Source: Escherichia coli O157:H7 (GTDB lineage Bacteria; Pseudomonadota; Gammaproteobacteria; Enterobacterales; Enterobacteriaceae). Taken from it: a DNA stretch of 64,000 nt. Where the stretch lies: assembly GCF_013167455.1 (NCBI RefSeq), contig NZ_CP038328.1; one strand, given 5' to 3'. Each line of letters starts with the position of its first letter. The stretch's first letter is position 1. The position numbers and the translations under genes were made by a program. Below, piece by piece: positions 24,450-33,973 of the stretch. The notes under the pieces are model-generated. The model saw only the letters and a program-made list of their open reading frames with translations. It searched no databases and was not told the origin of the DNA.

Positions 24450-25091
24450 ATGTTTACGGGGATTGTACAGGGCACCGCAAAACTGGTGTCGATTGACGAG
24501 AAACCAAATTTTCGCACACATGTGGTGGAGTTACCCGACCACATGCTGGACGGTCTGGAAACCGGTGCCTCCGTGGCGCATAACGGTTGCTGCCTGACCG
24601 TGACGGAAATTAACGGCAACCATGTCAGTTTTGACCTGATGAAAGAAACGTTGCGCATTACCAATCTTGGCGATTTAAAAGTGGGGGATTGGGTAAACGT
24701 TGAGCGTGCGGCGAAATTCAGTGATGAAATTGGCGGACACTTAATGTCAGGTCATATTATGACCACCGCTGAAGTGGCGAAAATATTAACCTCGGAAAAT
24801 AATCGCCAGATCTGGTTTAAAGTCCAGGATAGTCAGTTGATGAAATATATCCTGTACAAAGGATTTATTGGCATCGACGGTATTAGCCTGACCGTCGGCG
24901 AAGTCACGCCAACGCGTTTTTGCGTCCATTTAATTCCGGAAACTCTGGAACGCACGACTCTTGGGAAGAAAAAACTTGGCGCACGCGTCAACATTGAAAT
25001 CGATCCACAAACTCAGGCAGTGGTAGATACGGTAGAACGTGTGCTGGCGGCACGAGAAAATGCCATGAATCAATCAGGTACAGAAGCCTGA
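24450..25091 (+). CDS. ribC: Riboflavin synthase (alpha subunit)
   Basis: 213 aa; [16 protein letters not shown]-terminus and internal duplication typical of riboflavin synthase. Confidence 0.9.
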   Translation: MFTGIVQGTAKLVSIDEKPNFRTHVVELPDHMLDGLETGASVAHNGCCLTVTEINGNHVSFDLMKETLRITNLGDLKVGDWVNVERAAKFSDEIGGHLMSGHIMTTAEVAKILTSENNRQIWFKVQDSQLMKYILYKGFIGIDGISLTVGEVTPTRFCVHLIPETLERTTLGKKKLGARVNIEIDPQTQAVVDTVERVLAARENAMNQSGTEA

Positions 25092-25097
25092 TCTGAA

Positions 25098-25120
25098 ATC
25101 GCCCCCGGAGAGGGGGCGAT
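25098..25120. terminator. Bidirectional terminator between ribC and cfa
   Basis: atcgcccccggagagggggcgat: perfect 9-bp stem. Confidence 0.65.
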
Positions 25121-25130
25121 AGAATAGCCT

Positions 25131-26279
25131 TTAGCGAGCGACTCGAAGGCCGTTTTCAACACCGCGTGAGAACACCACCTGCCAGAGCTGAATATCACGG
25201 GCGCGGAAAGCACCTGCGCAGGCATTCAGATAATAGGTAAACATCCGTTTAAAGCGTTCACTGTAGTTATCCGCAATTTCTGGCCATGCGGCGACGAATC
25301 GTTCATACCACGCCATCAACGTAGTATCGTAATCAGCACCGAAGTTATGCCAGTCTTCCATCACAAAGTGGGGTTCGCTGGACTGAGCAATCTGGCGTAC
25401 AGAGGGCAGGCAACCGTTCGGGAAAATATATTTATTAATCCAGGGATCAACATTCAGATCGGTTTTTTTCGAACCGATAGTATGGAGCAGGAATATGCCT
25501 TCCGGTTTCAAATTACGATCCACCACCGTAAAATAGGTATCGTAATTTTTCGGTCCGACGTGCTCGAACATCCCCACAGAAACAATACGATCAAACTGGT
25601 CGTTCAGGTCACGATAATCTTGCAGCAAAATGGTGACATCCAGGCCTTCACAGCGTTCCTGAGCCATTTTTTGCTGTTCGGCAGAAATGGTGACGCCCAC
25701 CACGCTTACGTCATAATTAGATGCCATGTAGTGTGCCAGTCCGCCCCAGCCGCAGCCAATATCCAGTACGCGCATCCCAGGTTTTAACTGCAATTTTTCA
25801 CAAATCATTTTGAGCTTCGCCTGCTGGGCAGATTCCAGATTATCGGCATCTTTCCAGTAAGCGCAGGAATATTGCATGAAGGGATCAAGCATGCGGCTGA
25901 ACAAGTCATTACCCAAATCGTAATGCTCTTTGCCGACTATCCAGGCACGTTTTTTACTCTGCAGATTGAAGAGACGGGCGCCGGCAATACGCAGCGTGTC
26001 TTTGAAATGATGGGGGAGTTGGTTCTCGAGACCTGCGCGTAAGACTTTGCTAAAAAACATATCCAGTCGGTCACATTCCCACCAGCCATCCATATAACTT
26101 TCGCCTAACCCCAAAGAGCCTTCTTGCAGAACGCGTTTAAAAAAATCGGGGTTTTTCACACGAATATCCGCCGGGGCAGAACCGTTAATGGCTATACCGG
26201 CACGGCTAAGTAATTCGTTGGCGATACGGTACCAGTTGTCATCCGGTACACTGACTTCTTCTATACACGATGAACTCAT
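25131..26279 (-). CDS. cfa: Cyclopropane-fatty-acyl-phospholipid synthase
   Basis: 382 aa; SAM-binding motif VLDIGCGWGG. Confidence 0.92.
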   Translation of the reverse strand: MSSSCIEEVSVPDDNWYRIANELLSRAGIAINGSAPADIRVKNPDFFKRVLQEGSLGLGESYMDGWWECDRLDMFFSKVLRAGLENQLPHHFKDTLRIAGARLFNLQSKKRAWIVGKEHYDLGNDLFSRMLDPFMQYSCAYWKDADNLESAQQAKLKMICEKLQLKPGMRVLDIGCGWGGLAHYMASNYDVSVVGVTISAEQQKMAQERCEGLDVTILLQDYRDLNDQFDRIVSVGMFEHVGPKNYDTYFTVVDRNLKPEGIFLLHTIGSKKTDLNVDPWINKYIFPNGCLPSVRQIAQSSEPHFVMEDWHNFGADYDTTLMAWYERFVAAWPEIADNYSERFKRMFTYYLNACAGAFRARDIQLWQVVFSRGVENGLRVAR

Positions 26280-26569
26280 AGTTTCTCCATCACTGGTCGG
26301 TGATCAGAACCTTAAAACAGCGTAGACGCTTTTTGGGCTTTGTGAGAAATCTCGCAGAAAAAACCGCGAGTCTATAATCCGACGTAGAACAGAGGGAAAG
26401 GAGGAACCCTTGCCGAAATGACCATCCATAGTGAGTCGGGAACGATCCTGTCCCCGTAAAAACATAATATTTATCGTAGCTTTAACAACTCGAAATTAGT
26501 ATAGGCCGCTAATTTCAATCATACAACAAAATTTTGTTAGCAGCCTAAGTATAAGTATATCGATATAGA

Positions 26570-27781
26570 TCAGTGTGATTCGCTATGAGCGACTTCGGCA
26601 TTGCCATGATTCTGGCAGCCAACTTCTTCACAACGTTGCATCATGTAACCCAGCGCGACCAGCACTACTGTTGATAACATCACGCTGGTGGTGGTGAGCA
26701 ATGGCGTGCTGATACTGATCAGCCAGGAAACTACCAGACTTGCGAGGAAGCACAGACCCAGTTGCAGAGTGTTCTGCAACGCTGCGGCGCGACCAGTTGC
26801 GTGTGGGAAGGGACGCAGAGCCTGGGCGACAACAATAGGGTAGATCGCGCCATTAGCAATCGCCATCACACAGAATGGGATCAGGATTTCGACCAGCGAC
26901 ACATGGCTAATGAAGCCCGCAGCCCAGGTCGCAATGACGCTGACAGCAAACAGCACCAGCAACCACGGTAATAACTGCTTGCCTTGCCATTTCTGCAGCG
27001 CGGCGCGACAGCCATAACCACCAATCAGAAACGCGATAGTTTGCGGGACATAACTTAAACCAATAACTGCCGGGCTGTAGCCCATTTCACTAAGGATGAA
27101 CGGTGAACCGGTCAGCCATGCAAAAAAACTGGCTGAACAGGCCGCGTATATCAGCACATTGCCGCGATAGGTTTTAGAACGTAGCAGGTCGGTAAAGGTC
27201 AGACCATCCTGACTATTGTTACGGGCCTTCGTCGTGGGTTTGAGCCAGAAAATAGGCAGAATCAGCACCACGGTAATGGCAAAAAGGGTGGCGAAAATCG
27301 CCTGCCAGGAAAAATGGACCAGCAGCCAGCTTCCTAACAGAGGAGCCAGGGCCGGAGATAGACCCACCAGCGGCATGATGGTCGCAAAAATTCGGTTAAC
27401 TTTCTGTGAAGGATAATAATCCGTCACTAACGCTTGCCAGATAACCGCCGCGGCGCAGACACCCACAGCCTGTACAAAACGCAATACCAGCAGCATAGCG
27501 GCGTTTTCTACCCACAGCATCCCCAGACTACCTAACGCAAAAATTGTCAGGCCGATTAATAATACCGGTTTACGACCATAACGATCGGAGAGCGGCCCCC
27601 ACAGAAGCTGGGCTGCGGCAAAACCGGCAAGGAACAGACTAAGGCTGGCACTGACAGCAGACGCAGGCGTTTGCAGGTCGGCCTGTATGGCGGCGAAAGC
27701 AGGCAGATACATATCGGTTGCCAGAAAACCGAGTACGCTCAAACCCGCCAGCCAGACTAAAAATCTTTTCCCAGGTTGCAT
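26570..27781 (-). CDS. ydhC: MFS transporter YdhC (PunC, purine nucleoside exporter)
   Basis: 403 aa; 12-TM MFS profile; divergent from LysR regulator ydhB. Confidence 0.8.
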   Translation of the reverse strand: MQPGKRFLVWLAGLSVLGFLATDMYLPAFAAIQADLQTPASAVSASLSLFLAGFAAAQLLWGPLSDRYGRKPVLLIGLTIFALGSLGMLWVENAAMLLVLRFVQAVGVCAAAVIWQALVTDYYPSQKVNRIFATIMPLVGLSPALAPLLGSWLLVHFSWQAIFATLFAITVVLILPIFWLKPTTKARNNSQDGLTFTDLLRSKTYRGNVLIYAACSASFFAWLTGSPFILSEMGYSPAVIGLSYVPQTIAFLIGGYGCRAALQKWQGKQLLPWLLVLFAVSVIATWAAGFISHVSLVEILIPFCVMAIANGAIYPIVVAQALRPFPHATGRAAALQNTLQLGLCFLASLVVSWLISISTPLLTTTSVMLSTVVLVALGYMMQRCEEVGCQNHGNAEVAHSESH

Positions 27782-27893
27782 GTATATTCTCTAAATCTCT
27801 CAATTAAACACCGCCGCAAAGTGTAGGGAGTGAAATTAGTGTTGTGAAACGGTAATATTTGATGACTGGTTTCAAAAATTTTGCAGGCAGACT

Positions 27894-28826
27894 ATGTGGT
27901 CAGAATATTCACTCGAAGTTGTTGATGCGGTAGCGCGTAATGGTAGTTTTAGCGCTGCGGCACAGGAGCTGCATCGCGTTCCTTCTGCGGTCAGCTATAC
28001 CGTGCGTCAGCTGGAAGAGTGGCTGGCGGTGCCGCTGTTTGAACGACGGCACCGTGATGTGGAGCTGACCGCTGCCGGAGCGTGGTTTCTCAAAGAAGGG
28101 CGCTCTGTTGTCAAAAAAATGCAGATCACCCGCCAGCAATGTCAGCAGATAGCGAACGGCTGGCGCGGTCAGTTAGCTATCGCAGTGGATAATATTGTCA
28201 GGCCAGAACGTACACGGCAGATGATCGTTGATTTTTATCGCCATTTTGATGATGTCGAACTTCTTGTCTTTCAGGAAGTGTTCAACGGTGTCTGGGATGC
28301 GCTTTCCGACGGGCGCGTGGAACTGGCGATTGGCGCAACACGCGCGATTCCGGTAGGCGGTCGTTATGCCTTCCGGGATATGGGGATGCTAAGCTGGAGT
28401 TGCGTTGTTGCCAGCCATCACCCGCTGGCGTTGATGGATGGCCCGTTCAGCGATGATACGTTGCGCAACTGGCCGTCGTTGGTGCGCGAAGACACCTCGC
28501 GAACGCTACCTAAGCGTATTACCTGGTTGCTGGATAACCAAAAAAGAGTTGTCGTGCCTGACTGGGAATCATCGGCAACCTGTATCTCGGCAGGATTATG
28601 CATAGGGATGGTGCCAACACATTTCGCCAAACCGTGGCTTAATGAGGGGAAGTGGGTAGCATTAGAACTGGAAAACCCCTTTCCGGATTCGGCATGTTGT
28701 CTGACATGGCAGCAAAATGATATGTCGCCTGCGTTAACCTGGTTGCTTGAGTATCTCGGCGATAGTGAGACGCTGAATAAGGAGTGGCTGCGGGAGCCGG
28801 AAGAGACTCCCGCAACGGGTGATTAA
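27894..28826 (+). CDS. ydhB: LysR-family transcriptional regulator YdhB (PunR)
   Basis: 310 aa; N-terminal HTH ([23 protein letters not shown]); 4-nt convergent overlap with purR. Confidence 0.8.
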
Positions 28827-29848
28827 CGACGATAGTCGCGGAACGGGCCGTCAGCCACGGAGCGGCGTTCAATCAAGCGCGGATGCACTTCAATGGACTG
28901 CGGTTCTTCACGTTTGTTGACTATACGATCCAACAACATGTTGAACGCTGTTTCACCCAACGAATCTTTTGGCTGATGGATTGTTGTCAGCGCCGGCGTA
29001 AAATAGCGGGCGTTGCGCACGTTATCATAACCGATCAGCGAAACATCCTGCGGGACGCGCAGCCCCATTTCATCAGCAGCACAAAGTGCGCCCATTGCCA
29101 TGATATCGCCACCACAGAAGACGGCAGTAGGGCGATGCGGCTGCGACAGGATTTGCTGCATGGCGCGATAACCGGATTCAGGTTCAAAGTCACCCTGCAC
29201 AATCCAGCTTTCCGGCACCTTGATCATTGCTTCTTCCATCGCCTTCATAAAACCGGCAAGGCGGCCTGCGCCAGTGTTACGTTCCAGCGGGCCGGGGATA
29301 ACGCCGATTTCGCGGTGACCGCGTTCAATCAGATAACGCCCGGCCATGTAGCCGCCTTCGAACGCGTTATCAATGACCGCATCGGTGAAGTCAGCTTTTG
29401 CTTCACCCCAGTCCATCACCACCATTGGGATATGGCGATACTCTTCCAGCATCGCCAGCAACGGCTCTGGGTACTCAGAACACATCACCAGCAGACCATC
29501 GACGCGTTTTTGCGCCATCATCGACAGATAAGCCCGCTGTTTCTCAAGATTGTTCCACGCATTACCCAGAATCAGGGTGTAACCTTTCTGGAAGCAATTT
29601 TTTTCAACTGCTTCAATGATCTCGGCAAAATAGGCCGCTTCGCTGCTGGTCGCTAGCAAACCGATAGACTTGGTGTGGTTAACCTTCAGGCTACGCGCCA
29701 CCGCGCTAGGGGAGTAGTGTAATTCTTTGATCGCTGCCCACACGGCGTTGCGCGTTTCTTCAGCGACGAAACGTGTTTTGTTGATCACGTGTGACACAGT
29801 TGTAGTGGAAACGTTTGCTCGTTTCGCTACATCTTTTATTGTTGCCAT
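28823..29848 (-). CDS. purR: Purine repressor PurR (LacI family)
   Basis: 341 aa; [33 protein letters not shown]. Confidence 0.95.
29807..29820. promoter_or_regulatory. PUR-box-like operator inside purR coding region
   Basis: ggaaacgtttgctc contains the AAACGTTTGC core of the PurR operator; about codons 10-14 of purR. Confidence 0.4.
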
Positions 29849-29894
29849 TCCATTTCACTCCAGACCCTAACTTCAGCTCCTGCAAAATCGCAAG

Positions 29895-29907
29895 GTAAAC
29901 GTTTGCC
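29895..29907. promoter_or_regulatory. PUR-box-like operator in purR leader
   Basis: gtaaacgtttgcc with AAACGTTTGC core, about 50 nt upstream of purR start. Confidence 0.4.
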
Positions 29908-30146
29908 TTTACACACCTTACGCACAACAAAAGTGTTGCGGTACGCCGGAAAAACGACACGGAGCGTCAGGAAGGGGTCAATGGCCAGTACGCAAATAGT
30001 GTAAGCGTGGAATTTTGGCCGATCTTGACGAAAAGGGGAAGTGGTAAAAACACTTATCATTATAAATGACGGGAGATTTTTTCATCACAGTGTGTAAAAA
30101 TGCGTAATATCACTTTTTGTGTGGTAATAAAAAAGGAGAAAACTTG

Positions 30147-30236
30147 ATGAGCACCGACCTTAAATTTTCACTGGTAACAACGATTATCGTCCTCGGTTTG
30201 ATCGTGGCCGTGGGTTTGACTGCCGCGCTGCACTGA
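30147..30236 (+). CDS. ynhF: Small hydrophobic protein YnhF (29 aa, single TM)
   Basis: ATG 30147 preceded by aaaaggagaa; encodes MSTDLKFSLVTTIIVLGLIVAVGLTAALH; below ORF-track length cut-off. Confidence 0.7.
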   Translation: MSTDLKFSLVTTIIVLGLIVAVGLTAALH

Positions 30237-30401
30237 TTTCCTCTCGAGGGAGCGCGTTCTCCCTCGCATCTCCTTCCTGTTTGTTAGCAAAATGGCAAAA
30301 GTGTTTTCTCTTTTTGTTATTTTCATTTTTTTGTGATTGCTGTCATGCTTTCGCCACTTTAATGAATATCGCGTAATGACGCGAAGAGGTGGAGATAAGG
30401 C

Positions 30402-31571
30402 ATGAAAATTAACTATCCGTTGCTGGCGCTGGCGATTGGCGCGTTTGGTATCGGGACAACGGAGTTCTCGCCAATGGGCTTGTTGCCCGTCATTGCGCGC
30501 GGTGTGGATGTCTCGATTCCCGCTGCCGGAATGTTAATCAGTGCCTATGCAGTTGGCGTAATGGTTGGCGCGCCGCTGATGACGCTTCTACTTTCTCATC
30601 GTGCCCGCCGCAGTGCGTTGATTTTCCTGATGGCAATTTTCACGCTCGGCAACGTACTTTCCGCCATCGCGCCGGATTATATGACCCTGATGCTTTCACG
30701 CATTTTGACCAGCCTGAATCACGGAGCATTTTTTGGTTTGGGTTCAGTCGTGGCCGCAAGCGTGGTGCCAAAACATAAACAGGCCAGCGCAGTTGCCACT
30801 ATGTTTATGGGGTTAACCCTGGCAAATATCGGTGGCGTGCCGGCGGCGACCTGGTTGGGTGAAACCATCGGCTGGCGGATGTCATTTCTGGCAACGGCGG
30901 GGCTGGGAGTGATTTCAATGGTAAGTCTGTTCTTCTCATTACCTAAAGGTGGTGCAGGGGCACGACCTGAAGTGAAAAAAGAGCTGGCGGTATTAATGCG
31001 TCCGCAGGTGCTGTCTGCATTGCTGACGACGGTACTGGGAGCTGGTGCAATGTTTACTCTCTACACCTATATCTCTCCGGTACTGCAAAGTATTACCCAC
31101 GCAACACCGGTGTTCGTCACGGCAATGCTGGTGCTGATTGGTGTCGGATTCTCTATCGGTAACTATCTCGGCGGCAAACTGGCAGATCGTTCAGTTAACG
31201 GCACGTTGAAAGGCTTTTTGTTGCTGCTGATGGTGATTATGCTGGCAATCCCGTTCCTGGCCCGCAATAAGTTCGGCGCAGCTATTAGCATGGCGGTGTG
31301 GGGCGCTGCAACCTTTGCGGTCGTACCGCCGTTACAGATGCGCGTGATGCGTGTCGCCAGTGAAGCGCCAGGTCTGTCTTCATCAGTCAATATTGGTGCC
31401 TTTAATCTTGGAAATGCGCTGGGAGCAGCTGCTGGTGGTGCGGTAATTTCCGCTGGGCTGGGATACAGCTTTGTGCCGGTGATGGGGGCGATTGTCGCGG
31501 GACTGGCATTATTGCTGGTGTTTATGTCAGCCAGAAAACAACCTGAAACAGTTTGCGTTGCTAACAGCTAA
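30402..31571 (+). CDS. ydhP: MFS transporter YdhP
   Basis: 389 aa; 12-TM profile. Confidence 0.8.
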   Translation: MKINYPLLALAIGAFGIGTTEFSPMGLLPVIARGVDVSIPAAGMLISAYAVGVMVGAPLMTLLLSHRARRSALIFLMAIFTLGNVLSAIAPDYMTLMLSRILTSLNHGAFFGLGSVVAASVVPKHKQASAVATMFMGLTLANIGGVPAATWLGETIGWRMSFLATAGLGVISMVSLFFSLPKGGAGARPEVKKELAVLMRPQVLSALLTTVLGAGAMFTLYTYISPVLQSITHATPVFVTAMLVLIGVGFSIGNYLGGKLADRSVNGTLKGFLLLLMVIMLAIPFLARNKFGAAISMAVWGAATFAVVPPLQMRVMRVASEAPGLSSSVNIGAFNLGNALGAAAGGAVISAGLGYSFVPVMGAIVAGLALLLVFMSARKQPETVCVANS

Positions 31572-31649
31572 TTAAACAAAAACGCAGAAGGATAACCTTC
31601 TGCGTTACAGTTGCTGACAACGTGCGATTTATCTTGCCGAATGCGCTGT

Positions 31650-31700
31650 TAACGCCTCATCCGCGTTGGCATGGTAAGCGAAGCGCATCAGGCAATACTG
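31650..31700. repeat. REP-like palindromic element between convergent ydhP and sodB
   Basis: cgcatcaggca (revcomp GCCTGATGCG) plus aacgcctcatccgcgttggcatgg palindromic unit, resembling REP consensus. Confidence 0.35.
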
Positions 31701-31716
31701 CATTTGCCATCAGTTA

Positions 31717-32298
31717 TTATGCAGCGAGATTTTTCGCTACGAATTCCCAGTTCACCAGCGCCCAGAAGTGCTCAAGATAGCCAGGACGTGCATTGCGATA
31801 GTCGATGTAATATGCGTGTTCCCAGACATCAACGGTTAGCAGCGGAGTCGCATCGGTGGTCAGCGGAGTACCCGCGTTAGAGGTTGAAACGATAGCCAGT
31901 TTGCCATCGCTGTTTTTCACCAGCCAGGTCCAGCCAGAACCAAAGTTTTTGATCGCTGCATCAGTAAACTGAGCTTTGAAATCGGCAAAGCTGCCAAAAG
32001 ATGCGGCGATAGCTTCAGCGACTTTTCCAGTCGGTTCGCCACCGGCGTTCGGTGCCAGGCAGTTCCAGTAGAAAGTATGGTTCCAGACCTGAGCTGCGTT
32101 GTTGAATACGCCACCTTCAGAGCTGCGAATAATCTCTTCCAGTGATTTACCTTCAAACGCGGTACCTTTAATCAGGTTGTTCAGGTTAGTGACATAAGTC
32201 TGATGATGCTTGCCGTAGTGATACTCGATAGTTTCCGCAGAAATGTGCGGTGCCAGAGCATCTTTAGCATATGGTAGTGCAGGTAATTCGAATGACAT
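31717..32298 (-). CDS. sodB: Fe superoxide dismutase
   Basis: 193 aa; [32 protein letters not shown]. Confidence 0.97.
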   Translation of the reverse strand: MSFELPALPYAKDALAPHISAETIEYHYGKHHQTYVTNLNNLIKGTAFEGKSLEEIIRSSEGGVFNNAAQVWNHTFYWNCLAPNAGGEPTGKVAEAIAASFGSFADFKAQFTDAAIKNFGSGWTWLVKNSDGKLAIVSTSNAGTPLTTDATPLLTVDVWEHAYYIDYRNARPGYLEHFWALVNWEFVAKNLAA

Positions 32299-32425
32299 TG
32301 CTACTCTCCTTTATTATTAATTTGCATACGTACAATAGCCTTATTGTGCGTATGGATAGGGTAGCAAATTAAAAGGTGAGACAAAAGATGAACTTACCCT
32401 GTTGCCGTAACAACAGGGTAAAGTT

Positions 32426-33241
32426 TTAGCGAAGTGTTTTTGGGGTCATTACCCGGCGAGCGCCAACATAGTGGCGCTGCCAGTAGTCTTCACTGAGAGA
32501 AGTGATTTGAATTTCCTGACCTGTGCGCGGTGACTGAATAAATTTGCCGTTGCCGACATACACGCCGACATGATCGGCTGTACCGCGTCCCTGAGTACGG
32601 AAAAAGACCAGGTCGCCGTTTTTCAGTTCACTACGTTCGATTGGCGCTGCATCGCGCAGGTGATACATTTCATTCGCCGTACGCGGAATACGAATTTTCA
32701 CCAAATCTTTATAAGCGTAATAAACCAGGCCGCTGCAATCAAAACCGGTACGCGGTGAGCTGCCACCCCAACGATATGGCTTACCAATTTGCTGCATCAG
32801 TTTATTCATTGCCACTTTTGTGGCTTTTTGCACCTTCGCTTTGTGTGCGTCGGCAAGGGTTCCTGACGCTGCATTTTTGACTTTCACACAATGCGATTTA
32901 TAGCCCTTACGTTTGGTACACTTTTCGGTAAAGCTGGCTGAGGCCGTTTTATTGACGGTATGTTTGCTGCGAGTTTTGGCGTTTTTAGAAGCGGTAATGG
33001 AAGATTTTTTAACGGAAGAAGCGGTTTTGCTTTTGGTCGTACTTTTACTGGCGGCTTTTTTCGCTGTTTTCTGGGTCTTTTTGGTGGTTGCCGTGCTTTT
33101 CTTTTTATCTGCTTTTTTGGTGATATGAGTGGTAGCAGAACTCTCCCTGGCTTGCTTTGAAGCATGGGCCATAGGCGTTAAAGGCAGGGTGGTAAAAAGT
33201 AAAGCACAGAGCGTGATCGAAATACGGTTTATCCGCGCCAC
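32426..33241 (-). CDS. mepH: NlpC/P60 peptidoglycan endopeptidase MepH (YdhO)
   Basis: 271 aa; signal peptide, K/S/T-rich linker, C-terminal NlpC/P60 motif FDCSGLV...H. Confidence 0.8.
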   Translation of the reverse strand: MARINRISITLCALLFTTLPLTPMAHASKQARESSATTHITKKADKKKSTATTKKTQKTAKKAASKSTTKSKTASSVKKSSITASKNAKTRSKHTVNKTASASFTEKCTKRKGYKSHCVKVKNAASGTLADAHKAKVQKATKVAMNKLMQQIGKPYRWGGSSPRTGFDCSGLVYYAYKDLVKIRIPRTANEMYHLRDAAPIERSELKNGDLVFFRTQGRGTADHVGVYVGNGKFIQSPRTGQEIQITSLSEDYWQRHYVGARRVMTPKTLR

Positions 33242-33575
33242 TGAGCGTCCCTCTGTTAAGGCAGGTCTATCATGCCTGCGTCTGATTTACAAAACTTGAT
33301 GATTCTAATGCATAGAAGAAGAGAAAGTTAATAGCTTTTATTGTTAAAAAATACGTTTCGTTGGCGAGCGCAAAAAAATGCAGCAGTGAAAGCTAAAAAT
33401 GGTCATAAATACGCCAGTTTGCCGTGCATCAGGGAAGAAACGAATATTTGAAATGCAACAAATAGAGCAAAGGGATAAAATAGCAAAAGCGTGATGAAAA
33501 TGTTATTTTCCGATGCCGCACTGACCCGCTACAATGTCAGATTACTGCCGTAAAGAAGTTTGAGGAAGCAAGACA

Positions 33576-33923
33576 ATGAGCACCACTATCGAAAAAATCC
33601 AACGCCAGATTGCTGAAAACCCGATCCTGCTGTACATGAAAGGTTCACCGAAACTGCCGAGCTGCGGTTTCTCTGCCCAGGCAGTCCAGGCGCTTGCCGC
33701 ATGTGGCGAACGTTTTGCCTATGTTGATATTCTGCAGAATCCGGACATTCGTGCGGAGCTGCCGAAATATGCTAACTGGCCGACCTTCCCGCAACTGTGG
33801 GTTGACGGCGAGCTGGTAGGCGGTTGTGATATCGTGATCGAAATGTATCAGCGTGGCGAACTGCAGCAGCTGATCAAAGAAACTGCCGCTAAATACAAGT
33901 CTGAAGAGCCGGACGCGGAATAA
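33576..33923 (+). CDS. grxD: Monothiol glutaredoxin Grx4
   Basis: 115 aa; CGFS active-site motif. Confidence 0.93.
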   Translation: MSTTIEKIQRQIAENPILLYMKGSPKLPSCGFSAQAVQALAACGERFAYVDILQNPDIRAELPKYANWPTFPQLWVDGELVGGCDIVIEMYQRGELQQLIKETAAKYKSEEPDAE

Positions 33924-33973
33924 TCCGTCCTGCAATACTGACGGATGCGAACGGGCATCCGTCAGTCCTTTCT

